Assembly (NCBI GenBank): GCA_965224085.1
Contig: CBDCYI010000004.1
Coordinates: forward strand, 384,001-448,000
Direction: 5' to 3'
Origin: Candidatus Marinacidobacterales bacterium
GTDB lineage: Bacteria; Acidobacteriota; Vicinamibacteria; Marinacidobacterales; SMYC01
DNA length: 64,000 nucleotides
A model generated the notes under the pieces. That model saw nothing but the letters and a program-made list of their open reading frames with translations. It was not told where the DNA came from and searched no databases. Each line of letters opens with the position of its first letter. Position 1 is the stretch's first letter. Below are positions 41,988 to 52,291 of the stretch, one piece after another. The position numbers were made by a program, and so were the translations under genes.

Positions 41988-44338
41988 TCTTCGAGCGCCG
42001 CCCCTTTCTCTTTGAGTACCTGCCACACCCGGCTTGGCGTCATGGGGATCTCCATGTGCCGCACGCCGAGGTGCCACATCGCGTCGACGACCGCGTTCAC
42101 AATCGCCGGCGGTGCGCCCACGGTGGCCGACTCGCCGACACCCTTGGCGCCGATCGGGTGATGCGGCGACGGCGTCACCGTCTCGCCCGTCTCCCACGCG
42201 GGGGTCTCCATCGCGGTCGGGAGCAAGTAGTCCATGAACGTGCCGCCATGGATGTTCCCGTCCTCGTCATAGGAGATCTCTTCGAAAAGCGCGGGTGCCA
42301 TGCCCATCGTGAGACCGCCATGGACCTGCCCCTCGACGATCATCGGGTTGATGCGAACGCCGCAATCGTCCACGGCTACAAAACGGCGAATTTTGATCTG
42401 ACCGGTGCCGCGATCAATATCAACGACGCAAATGTAAGAGCCGAAAGGAAACGTCAAGTTCGGCGGATCGTAATAGCTGACCGCTTCGAACCCTGCTTCC
42501 ATCCCCGGCGGATGGTTCGTGTAGGCGGCGAAAGCGATTTCCTGGATCGTCTTGGAACGGTCGGGCGAGCCTTTGACGAAGAACTTGCCTTGCTCCCACT
42601 CGAGGTCGTCCTCGGACGCTTCGAGCAAATGCGCGGCGATCTTCTTCGCTTTGTCGCGGATCTTACGCGCCGCGATGGCCCCGGCCGCGCCCGCCGTCGG
42701 CGTGCTACGACTCGCATAGGTGCCGAGCCCGTAAGGCGCGGTGTCGGTGTCGCCTTCTTCGATCTGGATATGCTCCGGCGGAATACCGAGCTCTTCGGCG
42801 ATGATCTGCGCGTAAGTCGTCTCGTGGCCCTGGCCTTGCGACTTGGTGCCGAAGCGTGCCATAGCCTTCCCCGTGGGGTGGATGCGGATCTCGGCCGAGT
42901 CGAACATCTTGATCCCGAGGATGTCGAAATCCTTCGACGGTCCCGCGCCGACCACTTCCGTGAAGGACGAGATGCCGATCCCCATGAGCTCGCCGCGATC
43001 GCGTTTTTCCTTCTGCTCTTCGCGCAGCTTGCGGTAGTCGATCATCTCCATCGCCGTACGGAGGCCCTTCTCGTAATCCCCGCTGTCATATTCCCAACCG
43101 AGGATCGACTTGTAAGGAAACTGCTCGGGCTTGATAAAGTTCTTCAGCCGAAATTCGGCTGGATCCATATCGAGCTCGTGCGCCATGATGTCTGTCATGC
43201 GCTCTATGCAATGCACAGCTTCCGTCACACGGAACGAGCACCGATAGGCAATGCCTCCCGGCGGCTTGTTCGTATAGACCCCGTCGACCTCGACGTGGGC
43301 CTGTTTGAAGTCGTAAGAGCCGGTGGCGATATGGAACATCCCCGCCGGAAACTTGGACGGCTGCGCCGCCGCGTCGGTGTAGCCGTGATCCGCAATTGTT
43401 TTGATCTTGAGTCCCGTGAGCGTACCATCCTTCTTGGCGGAGATCGCGGCTTTCATGTGATAGTCACGGCCGAACGAATCGGCCTGCAAGTTCTCGGAGC
43501 GGTCCTCGATCCACTTGATGGGCTTTCCCGTCAGAACCGACGCCGCCACCGCGATGACGTAACCGGGATAGACCGGGACTTTACCGCCGAATCCCCCGCC
43601 GATATCCGGCGAGATCACACGTATCTTTTCCTCCGAGAGCCCGACATGTCCAGCCACGAGCGCCAAAACCGTACGGATGGCGTGCGGCGCCTGGGTCGTC
43701 ATGTAGAGCGTGAGCTTGCCTTCTACGGGATCGAAGCTGGCGACGCAGCCGCACGTCTCGATGGAGGCGACGTGGATGCGCGGGATGTGCATGTTCTCTT
43801 CGACGACGACATCGGACTTGTCGAAGAGCTTGTCGGTAGCGTCCTTGTCCCCACTCTCCCAGTGCCAAATAAGGTTGCTGTCTTTGTCGTCGCGCACTTT
43901 GGTGGCGCCGTCTTCGAGCGCTTTGAAGGGGTCGACGACGACCGGAAGAGGCTCATAGTCGATGTCGCCTTCGAGAGCCGCGACGCCGTCCGCCGCCGCG
44001 TAGCGACTCGTGGCCACGACCACCGCGACTTCCTGCGCCTGGTACTTCACCTTCTCGATGGGGAGCACCATTTGCTGGTCGCTCATGAGCGTCGGCATAA
44101 ACGCCAGCCCGTGAGCGTCGAGGTCCTTCCCGGTCACCACCGCCGCAACGCCGGGCGTGGCCAGCGCTTTTTCGGTGTTGATGCTCTTGATCTTCGCGTG
44201 CGCGTAAGGGCTTCGCACGATGTCGAGATAAAGCATCCCCGGAAGCTTGATGTCGTCGATGTAGCGTCCGCGCCCCTGGATGAATCGAGGATCTTCTTTC
44301 CGGCGAACGGAGTGTCCGAGTCCGCGACATTCAGTCAT
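41984..44338 (-). CDS. coxL: Aerobic CO dehydrogenase large subunit, form I
   Basis: AYRCSFR active-site motif; [28 protein letters not shown]. Confidence 0.95.
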   Translation of the reverse strand: MTECRGLGHSVRRKEDPRFIQGRGRYIDDIKLPGMLYLDIVRSPYAHAKIKSINTEKALATPGVAAVVTGKDLDAHGLAFMPTLMSDQQMVLPIEKVKYQAQEVAVVVATSRYAAADGVAALEGDIDYEPLPVVVDPFKALEDGATKVRDDKDSNLIWHWESGDKDATDKLFDKSDVVVEENMHIPRIHVASIETCGCVASFDPVEGKLTLYMTTQAPHAIRTVLALVAGHVGLSEEKIRVISPDIGGGFGGKVPVYPGYVIAVAASVLTGKPIKWIEDRSENLQADSFGRDYHMKAAISAKKDGTLTGLKIKTIADHGYTDAAAQPSKFPAGMFHIATGSYDFKQAHVEVDGVYTNKPPGGIAYRCSFRVTEAVHCIERMTDIMAHELDMDPAEFRLKNFIKPEQFPYKSILGWEYDSGDYEKGLRTAMEMIDYRKLREEQKEKRDRGELMGIGISSFTEVVGAGPSKDFDILGIKMFDSAEIRIHPTGKAMARFGTKSQGQGHETTYAQIIAEELGIPPEHIQIEEGDTDTAPYGLGTYASRSTPTAGAAGAIAARKIRDKAKKIAAHLLEASEDDLEWEQGKFFVKGSPDRSKTIQEIAFAAYTNHPPGMEAGFEAVSYYDPPNLTFPFGSYICVVDIDRGTGQIKIRRFVAVDDCGVRINPMIVEGQVHGGLTMGMAPALFEEISYDEDGNIHGGTFMDYLLPTAMETPAWETGETVTPSPHHPIGAKGVGESATVGAPPAIVNAVVDAMWHLGVRHMEIPMTPSRVWQVLKEKGAALEE

Positions 44339-44819
44339 TGGAACCTCCCTCCTCCATCTTCTGGGCGGCGTACTGCACCGCCTTCACGATATTCACATAG
44401 CCCGTGCATCGGCAAAGATTCCCCGAAATCCCCCAGCGAATGTCCTCTTCGCTCGGGTTGGGGTTGTCTTTCAGAAGCGCCGACGTCGTCATCATCATGC
44501 CCGGCGTGCAATAGCCGCATTGGAGGCCGTGCTTTTCTGTGAAGCCTTCCTGAATCGGATGGAGGGTGCCATTCGTCACAAGCCCCTCGACGGTCGCGAT
44601 TTCGGCGCCGTTGGCTTGAACCGCGAACATCGTGCAGCTCTTCACCGGTCGCCCGTTCAACAAGATCGTGCAGGCGCCGCAAGACGTGGTGTCGCAGCCG
44701 ATATGGGTTCCGGTGAGCTCGAGCTCTTCCCGGATGAGATGGACGAGCAGCATGCGGGCTTCGACATCCTGCGTGTGCTCCTCGCCGTTGACCTTCAAAG
44801 TGATCGAATGGGTGCTCAT
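44331..44819 (-). CDS. coxS: CO dehydrogenase small (2Fe-2S) subunit
   Basis: [26 protein letters not shown]. Confidence 0.95.
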   Translation of the reverse strand: MSTHSITLKVNGEEHTQDVEARMLLVHLIREELELTGTHIGCDTTSCGACTILLNGRPVKSCTMFAVQANGAEIATVEGLVTNGTLHPIQEGFTEKHGLQCGYCTPGMMMTTSALLKDNPNPSEEDIRWGISGNLCRCTGYVNIVKAVQYAAQKMEEGGSND

Positions 44820-45691
44820 ACGCCACCTCCCTCTGCCCTTTCGTGGGCCTTTCGGAGCCCGCGCGCGGTAAACGTCCGTACGAGGTGACGTTTGTAGTCC
44901 TCCGAGCCGCGATGATCTTCGATGGGCTCCGCGGCTTCCGAAGCCAATCGAGCCGCTTGTTTGATCGAAGCATCGTTGAGCGCGCTGCCGGTCAGCGAGT
45001 CCTCGGCGGCCGTCGCCTTGATTGGGGTGAGCCCAACATTCGTGAGCCCAATACCGGCACGGGCGATCTGGCCGTCCCCGTTGAGTGCAAGCTGCACCGC
45101 GACCGCCGCCGTGGCGAAATCGCCGACTTTGCGCTCCAGCTTGAAATAGGCTCCCCCGCTCTTGTCTACGGCGCGCGGGATGCGGATGGCCGTCAAGATC
45201 TCGTCATGGCTCAACGACGTTTCGAAAGCGTCCACGAAAAAGTCGCCAATGGCGATGGAGCGCTCTCCGTTCGGGCCGGTCGCAACGATTTCAGCCCCAT
45301 AGGCCAACATGGTGGCCGGGTGATCGTTGGCCGGGTCGGCGTGCGCGATGTTCCCGCCCAGCGTCGCAAGGTTCCGGACGAGCGGGTCGGCGACTACGCG
45401 CGCGGTATCGGCGAGCAACGGATAGCTCTTCTGGACGAGATCCGAACTGTCCACTTCTGATTCCCGCGTCATGGCACCAATCTCGAGCCAATCGCCGTCT
45501 TCCTTGATGTAGGACAGGCCTTCGAGCTTATTGATGTCGACCAGCAAGGCGGGCGTCGCCAAGCGAAATCGCATCATCGGGATCAAGCTGTGCCCGCCGG
45601 CGAGAATTTTCGCCTCCGGGTTCTGCCCCAGGAGCGAAACGGCCTCCGCGACCGTTTTGGGACAGGCATAGTCGAAACTGGCAGGTATCAC
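44816..45691 (-). CDS. coxM: CO dehydrogenase medium (FAD) subunit
   Basis: [37 protein letters not shown]. Confidence 0.93.
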   Translation of the reverse strand: MIPASFDYACPKTVAEAVSLLGQNPEAKILAGGHSLIPMMRFRLATPALLVDINKLEGLSYIKEDGDWLEIGAMTRESEVDSSDLVQKSYPLLADTARVVADPLVRNLATLGGNIAHADPANDHPATMLAYGAEIVATGPNGERSIAIGDFFVDAFETSLSHDEILTAIRIPRAVDKSGGAYFKLERKVGDFATAAVAVQLALNGDGQIARAGIGLTNVGLTPIKATAAEDSLTGSALNDASIKQAARLASEAAEPIEDHRGSEDYKRHLVRTFTARGLRKAHERAEGGGV

Positions 45692-45809
45692 GGCAATCCT
45701 CCTTCCGGCTGAAAGGCTCCGAGTGTAAGCGCGGCCAGCAGATATGTCCATCGCGCTCGTGACACGAGTCTTATAACACAGGCCGGGGAAGATCCACCGG
45801 CGTGCTAGG

Positions 45810-48014
45810 ATGAAAAGACTCGATTTCATGCCGCGCACCGCTACCCTTCTTCTTGCCGTTTCGACAAGCCTCGGGATCGCCGACACCCAGGAAGAGCGCC
45901 TGCGTCCCTCGGTGCCAGCGGTACGACTCGCGGAGGGCGAGGAGGTCGAGCTCGACGGCCAGCTCGATGAGCCTTTCTGGAAAAACATCACGCCCGCGGA
46001 CAGCTTCCGGCAGCAAGAGCCCGACGAAGGCGCCCCCGCGTACCAGACCACCGAAGTCCGCATCGCATTCGATCGCGACCATCTCTACCTCGGCGTGATG
46101 CTCTACGATAGCGAGCCCGGTCAAATCATCGGTTATCAGAAACAACGCGACGGCTCGCTGCGAAGCGACGACCGCTTCATGTTCATCCTCGACACGTTTC
46201 TCAACGGCCGCTCCGCTTATTTCTTCGAGACGAACCCGGCGGGGCTTCTCGGCGACGGGCTTCTGCGCGACAGCAGCGGTCGCGGGCTGAACAAATCCTG
46301 GGACGGCATATGGAACGTGCGCGTTGCGCGCGACGATCGCGGATGGTCCGCCGAGATCGAGATCCCCTTCCGCACGCTCAACTTCAATCCACGGAGCGAT
46401 ACGTGGGGGATCGATTTCCAGCGCACCGTGCGGCGCAATCAAGAAGAGAGTCTGTGGAGCGGCTACCGCCTCAACGAAGGCTTGTTCCGTCCAGTGAACG
46501 CGGGGCGGCTCACCGGCCTCCAGGATATTTCACAAGGGCTCGGACTCGAAGTGAAACCCTACGCAGCCGCGTCCTATAAGGAGGATATCGAGACCGGCTC
46601 CGGCACCCCCACCGATGTGGGCTTCGACGTGAACTATAGCGTCACACCCGGCTTGCGCGCTGCCGTCACTTTCAACACCGATTTCGCCGAAGTCGACGTA
46701 GACGACCGTCAAGTCAATCTCACGCGTTTTCCGCTCGTCTTTCCCGAAAAACGCGACTTTTTTCTCGAGGGGTCGAGCATCTTCACCTTCGCCCGCTCGA
46801 GCCGCCCGGAGCCCTACTTCAGCCGCCGGATCGGCCTGTCCGGCGGCAATCCGATCCCAATCGTTTACGGCGCGCGTTTGAGCGGACAGTCGGGGCGCTA
46901 CGACATGGCGTTTCTCCAGGTCCGGACAGGAGAGAGCGACGAGCTCGCCGCCGAAGATTTTACCGTCGCTCGCCTGAAGCGAAATTTCTTCGCTCAATCG
47001 AGCCTCGGGATGATCTATACGCGACGTGCGACGCAAGCGACCGAGGCGGAGCCAGCGCTCGAAGATCGCCATACCTTCGGCGTCGATGTCGACCTCGCCA
47101 CGGCCACCTTCATGGGAGACAAGAATCTCCAATTCGAGGCCTTCGCCATTGTCCATACCGATCCCGTCGCAGAGCCGACGACAGAGCATCGCGATCGCTC
47201 CTCCTGGGGACTGAGGGTGAACTACCCGAACGATCTCTGGCGCGTCCATACGTCCTACCGTGAGTTCGGTAACGCCTACGATCCCGCGGTCGGCTTCGTC
47301 CGGCGGAACGGTTTTCGCCGGTTGAATCCTTCCTTCACGTTCGCGCCCCGTCCGGAAAACGTTTCGTGGGTCCGGCAGTTCGAATGGCAAATCTTCTTCG
47401 AATATCTGACCGATCTCGATAACGTGCTGCTCACCCGGAGCACGCGCCTGAGCTTGCTCGATATCCGCTTCGAAAGCGGGGACGAGCTCAGCATCGACGC
47501 CCAAAACCGCTTCGAGTTTCTCGACGAGCCGTTCGAGATCCACCCAGGGGTCGTGTTGCCGGTAGGCGAACATGCGTTCAACGGTGTTCGCTTCCAGGTG
47601 GAATCAGCGTCACAGCGCAAGGTGGCGGCCGAGGTCGCGCTAACTTTAGGTCAATTTTGGTCGGGCGATCGCACGGGTGTCGAAACCGAAGTCACTTTAC
47701 GCCCCACCTCCGGCTTGCTCTTCTCAACGGAGTGGGAGCGCAACGACGTCACTCTGCCCGGGGGAGAGTTCGTAACCAATCTCGTCCAGCAAAGAGCCGA
47801 GTGGCAAGTGAGCCCCTGGATCTCGCTGACCTCGATCGTTCAGTACGACGACGTTTCGAGCGAGCTGGGTCTGTTTACCCGATTCCGCTGGATTCTGCAG
47901 CCCGGAAACGATCTCTTCATCGTGTACTCACAGAACTGGCAGAGCCTCGAGAACCGCTGGCTCACACTCGACCGCGCGGCAACGACGAAGATAAATTACA
48001 CCCACCGTTTTTAG
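45810..48014 (+). CDS. CBM9-like/DUF5916 outer-membrane-type protein
   Basis: LDGQLDEPFW, WSAEIEIPF, NTDFAEVDVD, FPEKRDFFLE, terminal Phe. Confidence 0.85.
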   Translation: MKRLDFMPRTATLLLAVSTSLGIADTQEERLRPSVPAVRLAEGEEVELDGQLDEPFWKNITPADSFRQQEPDEGAPAYQTTEVRIAFDRDHLYLGVMLYDSEPGQIIGYQKQRDGSLRSDDRFMFILDTFLNGRSAYFFETNPAGLLGDGLLRDSSGRGLNKSWDGIWNVRVARDDRGWSAEIEIPFRTLNFNPRSDTWGIDFQRTVRRNQEESLWSGYRLNEGLFRPVNAGRLTGLQDISQGLGLEVKPYAAASYKEDIETGSGTPTDVGFDVNYSVTPGLRAAVTFNTDFAEVDVDDRQVNLTRFPLVFPEKRDFFLEGSSIFTFARSSRPEPYFSRRIGLSGGNPIPIVYGARLSGQSGRYDMAFLQVRTGESDELAAEDFTVARLKRNFFAQSSLGMIYTRRATQATEAEPALEDRHTFGVDVDLATATFMGDKNLQFEAFAIVHTDPVAEPTTEHRDRSSWGLRVNYPNDLWRVHTSYREFGNAYDPAVGFVRRNGFRRLNPSFTFAPRPENVSWVRQFEWQIFFEYLTDLDNVLLTRSTRLSLLDIRFESGDELSIDAQNRFEFLDEPFEIHPGVVLPVGEHAFNGVRFQVESASQRKVAAEVALTLGQFWSGDRTGVETEVTLRPTSGLLFSTEWERNDVTLPGGEFVTNLVQQRAEWQVSPWISLTSIVQYDDVSSELGLFTRFRWILQPGNDLFIVYSQNWQSLENRWLTLDRAATTKINYTHRF

Positions 48015-48043
48015 CCTGAACATTCAGCATTCAGCATTCAGGC
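48014..48043 (+). terminator. Hairpin GCCTGAA...TTCAGGC overlapping (CATTCAG)3
   Basis: Directly after the stop codon; three heptamer repeats at 48021-48041. Confidence 0.4.
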
Positions 48044-48142
48044 ATAGTCGGCTAGGGCGACGGCTTGGCTTTATTTCGGCCGGTTTCTTGGTGATCAGGA
48101 ACCGTTTGCCAACAGGAGCAGGGTCGATCTGCATCGGTATCA

Positions 48143-48496
48143 TCAAAGGTTCAGGAAACGGATGGAATAGCTGAAGGGCTCTTCTTCGACCGCAAGCTAT
48201 TCGAACTTGTCCACGAAGGTGCCGATGCTCACTTGGTCTTGATGCTTTTTCTCCCATTAGACTATCCGAAAGGACCGGTTTTCCCGGAGCCAGCTCGCGG
48301 CCAAGACCAGTAGGTCCTCGTCGGTCGTAACGAATACGAGATTTTCATTGGCGGCATTCGAAGAGCACATCGTCGTTTTCATCTTGAGGGAACTTGTCTA
48401 CCGCTCGCTCTGCCTGGAAGCCTCGCTGGCGGAGTCCTCGGACGATACGCCACGCCCATCGACGTTGGCGTCCGTAAACAGAGAGAAACGAGGCAC
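48143..48496 (-). pseudogene. DUF5615 PIN-like toxin, inactivated
   Basis: LFTDANVD...GLRQRG...DDVLFE...VFVTTDEDLL with frameshifts and two in-frame stops. Confidence 0.75.
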
Positions 48497-48871
48497 CTAG
48501 GCCTTGCGGGAGACGTCCACAGGCCGCGCGATATGGCGATCTTCCGGGGTTGGTTCTGCCGGTGCGTGTCCTCCGTGGCGGTCCACATATTCTTGCCACT
48601 GACGTTCGAGCTTTTCCGTCGTGCCTTTCTTCTCTTGACTCGCCGCGTCGATCTCGTCTTTGCGATCGTGATAGTAGGACAAGGCCGCGTAGACTTGAGC
48701 CAAATTGAGCTGCGGAAACTCTTCTTGGATTCGCTCGACAGCATAGCCACGATGGAAGTAAAACACGATGTCTTCGACCGCTACACGCGTTGTCTCGGGG
48801 CAAGGTTTTCCACATCGGATCTTCGCTTTCGTCGTGATGTGTGAGTAGACCGAGCTCGTTGTGGTCGCCAT
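48497..48871 (-). CDS. DUF433 antitoxin
   Basis: CGKPC..TRVAVEDI...FPQLNLAQVYAALSYY. Confidence 0.88.
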   Translation of the reverse strand: MATTTSSVYSHITTKAKIRCGKPCPETTRVAVEDIVFYFHRGYAVERIQEEFPQLNLAQVYAALSYYHDRKDEIDAASQEKKGTTEKLERQWQEYVDRHGGHAPAEPTPEDRHIARPVDVSRKA

Positions 48872-48984
48872 AACACTCTATACCTTGCTCCTGCGAACGA
48901 CGGCTTACTCGGCGGACCGACCCCCGTCGCGGGTGCCGCCAGCGCGAATTGCCCGCACTTTGCTGACCGGGTACTATTCCGCCG

Positions 48985-49093
48985 ATGCTGGGCCAGACGC
49001 TCGCTCACTACAAGGTTCTGGAGAAAATCGGCCAAGGTGGGATGGGAGGAAGATCTCGGCGACATCTGGGTCATGGATATCGTCCAAGAGTAG
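48985..49093 (+). pseudogene. Deletion remnant of a kinase-TolB gene
   Basis: MLGQTLAHYKVLEKIGQGGMG joined to WEEDLGDIWVMDIVQE*. Confidence 0.85.
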
Positions 49094-49154
49094 AAGCGAA
49101 CGAGCCCGCCCACTTGGCGCCGTTGTTCGACAAAGAGAGAAGGAGTTGTCACAC

Positions 49155-49766
49155 ATGTCCACAGAAACCCGCCGGAGCTTTCTCCGCAGCAAGTGTTTGG
49201 CGACGGCCGGTGCCGCCAGCAGTGCCATTCTTGCGATCGTGTCTGGAAGGACTCCGGTCACCCAAGCTTCAGAAACGGCCGGCCACGGGACGACGCAAAG
49301 CACGAGCCCCGAGCAACGATTGCGCGAGCTCGGCATCGAACTGCCACCGCCGCCGCGACCGGTAGGCGTCTACGTGCCAGCTGTACGCACCGGCAATATA
49401 TTGTTCACCGCCGGCCACACGCCGCGCGGACCGGACGGGTCGCCTCTGGTCGGCAAAGTCGGCGTCGACATGACGGTGGAGGACGCCCACGCGGCCGCGC
49501 GCATCGCCGGCTTGAACTTGTTGAGCACCGTACGCAACACTTTGGGCAGCCTCGACGACGTGGTACAGCTCGTGAAAGTGCTCGGCATGGTCAACTGCGC
49601 GCCCGACTTCGGGCAGCAACCGCAGGTGGTAAACGGCTTCAGTGAGCTCCTCGTGGAGGTTTTCGGCGAGGAGAGGGGTAGAGGCGGACGGGCCGCTGTC
49701 GGTATGGCTTCGCTCCCTGCAAACCAACCCGTAGAGGTCGAAGCCATCTTCGAAGTGCGCAGCTAG
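49155..49766 (+). CDS. RidA/YjgF family protein with Tat-like signal
   Basis: TRRSFL; [10 protein letters not shown]...YVPAVRTGN...NGFSELL...[10 protein letters not shown]. Confidence 0.88.
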   Translation: MSTETRRSFLRSKCLATAGAASSAILAIVSGRTPVTQASETAGHGTTQSTSPEQRLRELGIELPPPPRPVGVYVPAVRTGNILFTAGHTPRGPDGSPLVGKVGVDMTVEDAHAAARIAGLNLLSTVRNTLGSLDDVVQLVKVLGMVNCAPDFGQQPQVVNGFSELLVEVFGEERGRGGRAAVGMASLPANQPVEVEAIFEVRS

Positions 49767-49769
49767 TCG

Positions 49770-49992
49770 GACCATCCACTGACCAGGACCGGTACGCCTC
49801 CCGGGCCGTTCCTTGGACTGGAATCCCCTGATCGGAGAGCACCTCTGCTTGCGGCGCGAACATGCACACCGCGGCTTCGTCGATCTTGCGCGTGAACGCG
49901 ATCCACTCCTCGACGGCGCGGTCGGGGTCCTCGTCGCGCAAATCGCGCGGGGTCAGCTCCTGCAGAGCAGCCGTCAGGACGCCGATCTTCAT
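49770..49992 (-). pseudogene. Probable sugar-phosphate isomerase/TIM-barrel gene reduced to its two ends
   Basis: [16 protein letters not shown]...AVEEW followed by a short tail; far too short for the family. Confidence 0.5.
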
Positions 49993-50051
49993 GAATTGCG
50001 GCTCGAACGATCGTGGCATTACATGCCTCCAGGTTGTGTTGGCGGGCTAAA

Positions 50052-50592
50052 GTGAACAACCACCGCCTAGAAGGCGGTGGCTTCAAGGGCTGTCAATTGG
50101 AAATTGACTGTCGTCGTGAAGAGGCTCGCCATCCTGGGAGTCTATGTACTCCTTTACCATCTCGTCCGTTATGCTTCCTGAACTCACCGCCAGATATCCT
50201 CGGGCCCAGAAGTGCCGGCCCCAAAACTTCTTCCTCAGGTGAGCAAACTCCTGAAGGAGTACTCGGGAGCTTATTCCTTTTAGCCACTGCACGATCGTAC
50301 TCAAGGTCCTGGTGTGGTCGGTAGGATACGAACACGTGGACGTGGTCGCGTGCAACCTTACCCGAGATTATGTGCAGCTCATGTTCCATCGCAATCTGAC
50401 GAATCAGATCGCGCACACGAACCGCTACTGGACCGATCAAAACCTTTTTACGATATTTCGGTATCCAAACGATGTGCGCTTTTAGGTCCGTTTTTGTGTG
50501 CGCTCCGTGCCTGTAGTGACGCACGCGACCACAATACCACGATCTTCTCTTCGCCTAAAGGCGAGGGGTTTCGACCATCCCCGGAAGAGACA
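50052..50592 (-). mobile_element. tnpA: IS200-type element, copy 1; tnpA frameshifted by one extra base near 50303
   Basis: Near-identical to 51752-52291; terminal hairpins; TTAG target. Confidence 0.93.
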
Positions 50593-50687
50593 CTAACCTT
50601 CGGTCGGAGGTGCGTCAAGGCCCGGCTTCGTTCCACACATGGGCAACGTCATGCGATAGGCTCCCAACCGACGAAAGGACGTAACCT

Positions 50688-51755
50688 ATGCGGCTTGCCA
50701 GCATGATCCACGCAATCGATCTCCACTGCTGTGGAGAGCCAGGCCGGGTCATCGTGGGCGGCGTACGCGATGTTCCCGGCAACACGATGTTCGAGAAAAA
50801 GAACTATCTGGAGACGAAAGGCGACGACCTCCGCAAACGGATGCTTCGCGAACCGCGCGGATTCCCCGCGGCGAACTGCAACCTGATCCTGCCGCCTACT
50901 TTGCCTGAAGCTGACGCGGGCTACGTCATCATGGAACAGACCGAGTACCCGCCGATGTCGGGAACGAACACGATTTGCGTCACGACAGCACTCATCGAGA
51001 CCGGCATGGTGCCGGTAGAAGAGCCAATCACCAAATTGCTACTGGAATCACCCGCGGGTCCGATCTCGGTGACTGCGGAAGTTCACAACAGCAAGGTCAA
51101 GCGCGTGACGTTCGAGAACCAGCCGGCATTCGCCGTACACCTGGACGCCCCGCTCGAAGTGCCCGAGCTGGGTACGGTAACGGTCGATGTTTCCTACGGA
51201 GGCATGTTTTATGTCATCGCCGATGGAACACAGTTCGGGCTGCGAATGACTGCAGACGAAGGCCGCGACATCGTTCGCATCGGCGAGATGATCAAGGCGG
51301 CGGCCGCGGAGACGTTTCCCGTCGCACATCCTGACAACCCCGAGATTCGTGGCATCACCATCGCCCAGCTTTCCGGACCGCCAATGAACCCCGCCGCCAC
51401 GGCCAAAAACGCCGTGATCGTCTCGACCGGCGTCCTCGACTGGGACAAACCCTCGTCCTGGACAGGGGCGCTCGATCGTTCGCCTTGCGGCACCGGTACT
51501 TGCGCCAAGATGGCGGCCTTGCACGCCAAGGGGTTGCTGCCCTTGAACGAGGATTTCCATCACGAGGGCCCCCTGGGCACGCTGTTTACCGGCAGATTGA
51601 TGCGGGAGACGAAGGTCGGAGATTACGACGCCGTGGTCGCCACTTTGCGCGGCCAGGCGTGGATCACAGGGTTCGCCCAATACGTCGTCGATCCGGAAGA
51701 CCCGTTCCCCAACGGATTCACCGTCGGGGACATTTGGGGATCGCAGCAGAAGTGA
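50688..51755 (+). CDS. Proline racemase family protein, Ser/Cys dyad
   Basis: HCCGEPGR, EPRG, PPMSGTN, DRSPCGTGT. Confidence 0.92.
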   Translation: MRLASMIHAIDLHCCGEPGRVIVGGVRDVPGNTMFEKKNYLETKGDDLRKRMLREPRGFPAANCNLILPPTLPEADAGYVIMEQTEYPPMSGTNTICVTTALIETGMVPVEEPITKLLLESPAGPISVTAEVHNSKVKRVTFENQPAFAVHLDAPLEVPELGTVTVDVSYGGMFYVIADGTQFGLRMTADEGRDIVRIGEMIKAAAAETFPVAHPDNPEIRGITIAQLSGPPMNPAATAKNAVIVSTGVLDWDKPSSWTGALDRSPCGTGTCAKMAALHAKGLLPLNEDFHHEGPLGTLFTGRLMRETKVGDYDAVVATLRGQAWITGFAQYVVDPEDPFPNGFTVGDIWGSQQK

Positions 51756-52291
51756 ACAACCACCGCCTAGAAGGCGGTGGCTTCAAGGGCTGTCAATTGG
51801 AAATTGACTGTCGTCGTGAAGAGGCTCGCCATCCTGGGAGTCTATGTACTCCTTTACCATCTCGTCCGTTATGCTTCCTGAACTCACCGCCAGATATCCT
51901 CGGGCCCAGAAGTGCCGGCCCCAAAACTTCTTCCTCAGGTGAGCAAACTCCTGAAGGAGTACTCGGGAGCTTATTCCTTTTAGCCACTGCACGATCGTAC
52001 TCAGGTCCTGGTGTGGTCGGTAGGATACGAACACGTGGACGTGGTCGCGTGCAACCTTACCCGAGATTATGTGCAGCTCATGTTCCATCGCGATCTGACG
52101 AATCAGATCGCGCACACGAACCGCTACTGGACCGATCAAAACCTTTTTACGATATTTCGGTATCCAAACGATGTGCGCTTTTAGGTCCGTTTTCGTGTGC
52201 GCTCCGTGCCTGTAGTGACGCACGCGACCACAATACCACGATCTTCTCTTCGCCTAAAGGCGAGGGGTTTCGACCATCCCCGGAAGAGACA
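51752..52291 (-). mobile_element. tnpA: IS200-type element, copy 2; intact Y1 transposase at 51783-52223
   Basis: HIVWIPKYR, DHVH (HUH), LKGISS, FWARGY, KEYI; no tnpB. Confidence 0.95.

Noticed and set aside
42056-44542. 828-aa ORF antisense to coxL, and similar long shadow ORFs
   Set aside because: Expected in high-GC DNA opposite real genes; no recognisable motifs.
48021-48041. (CATTCAG)3 as a phase-variable or functional array
   Set aside because: Only three intergenic units, within a terminator-like hairpin.
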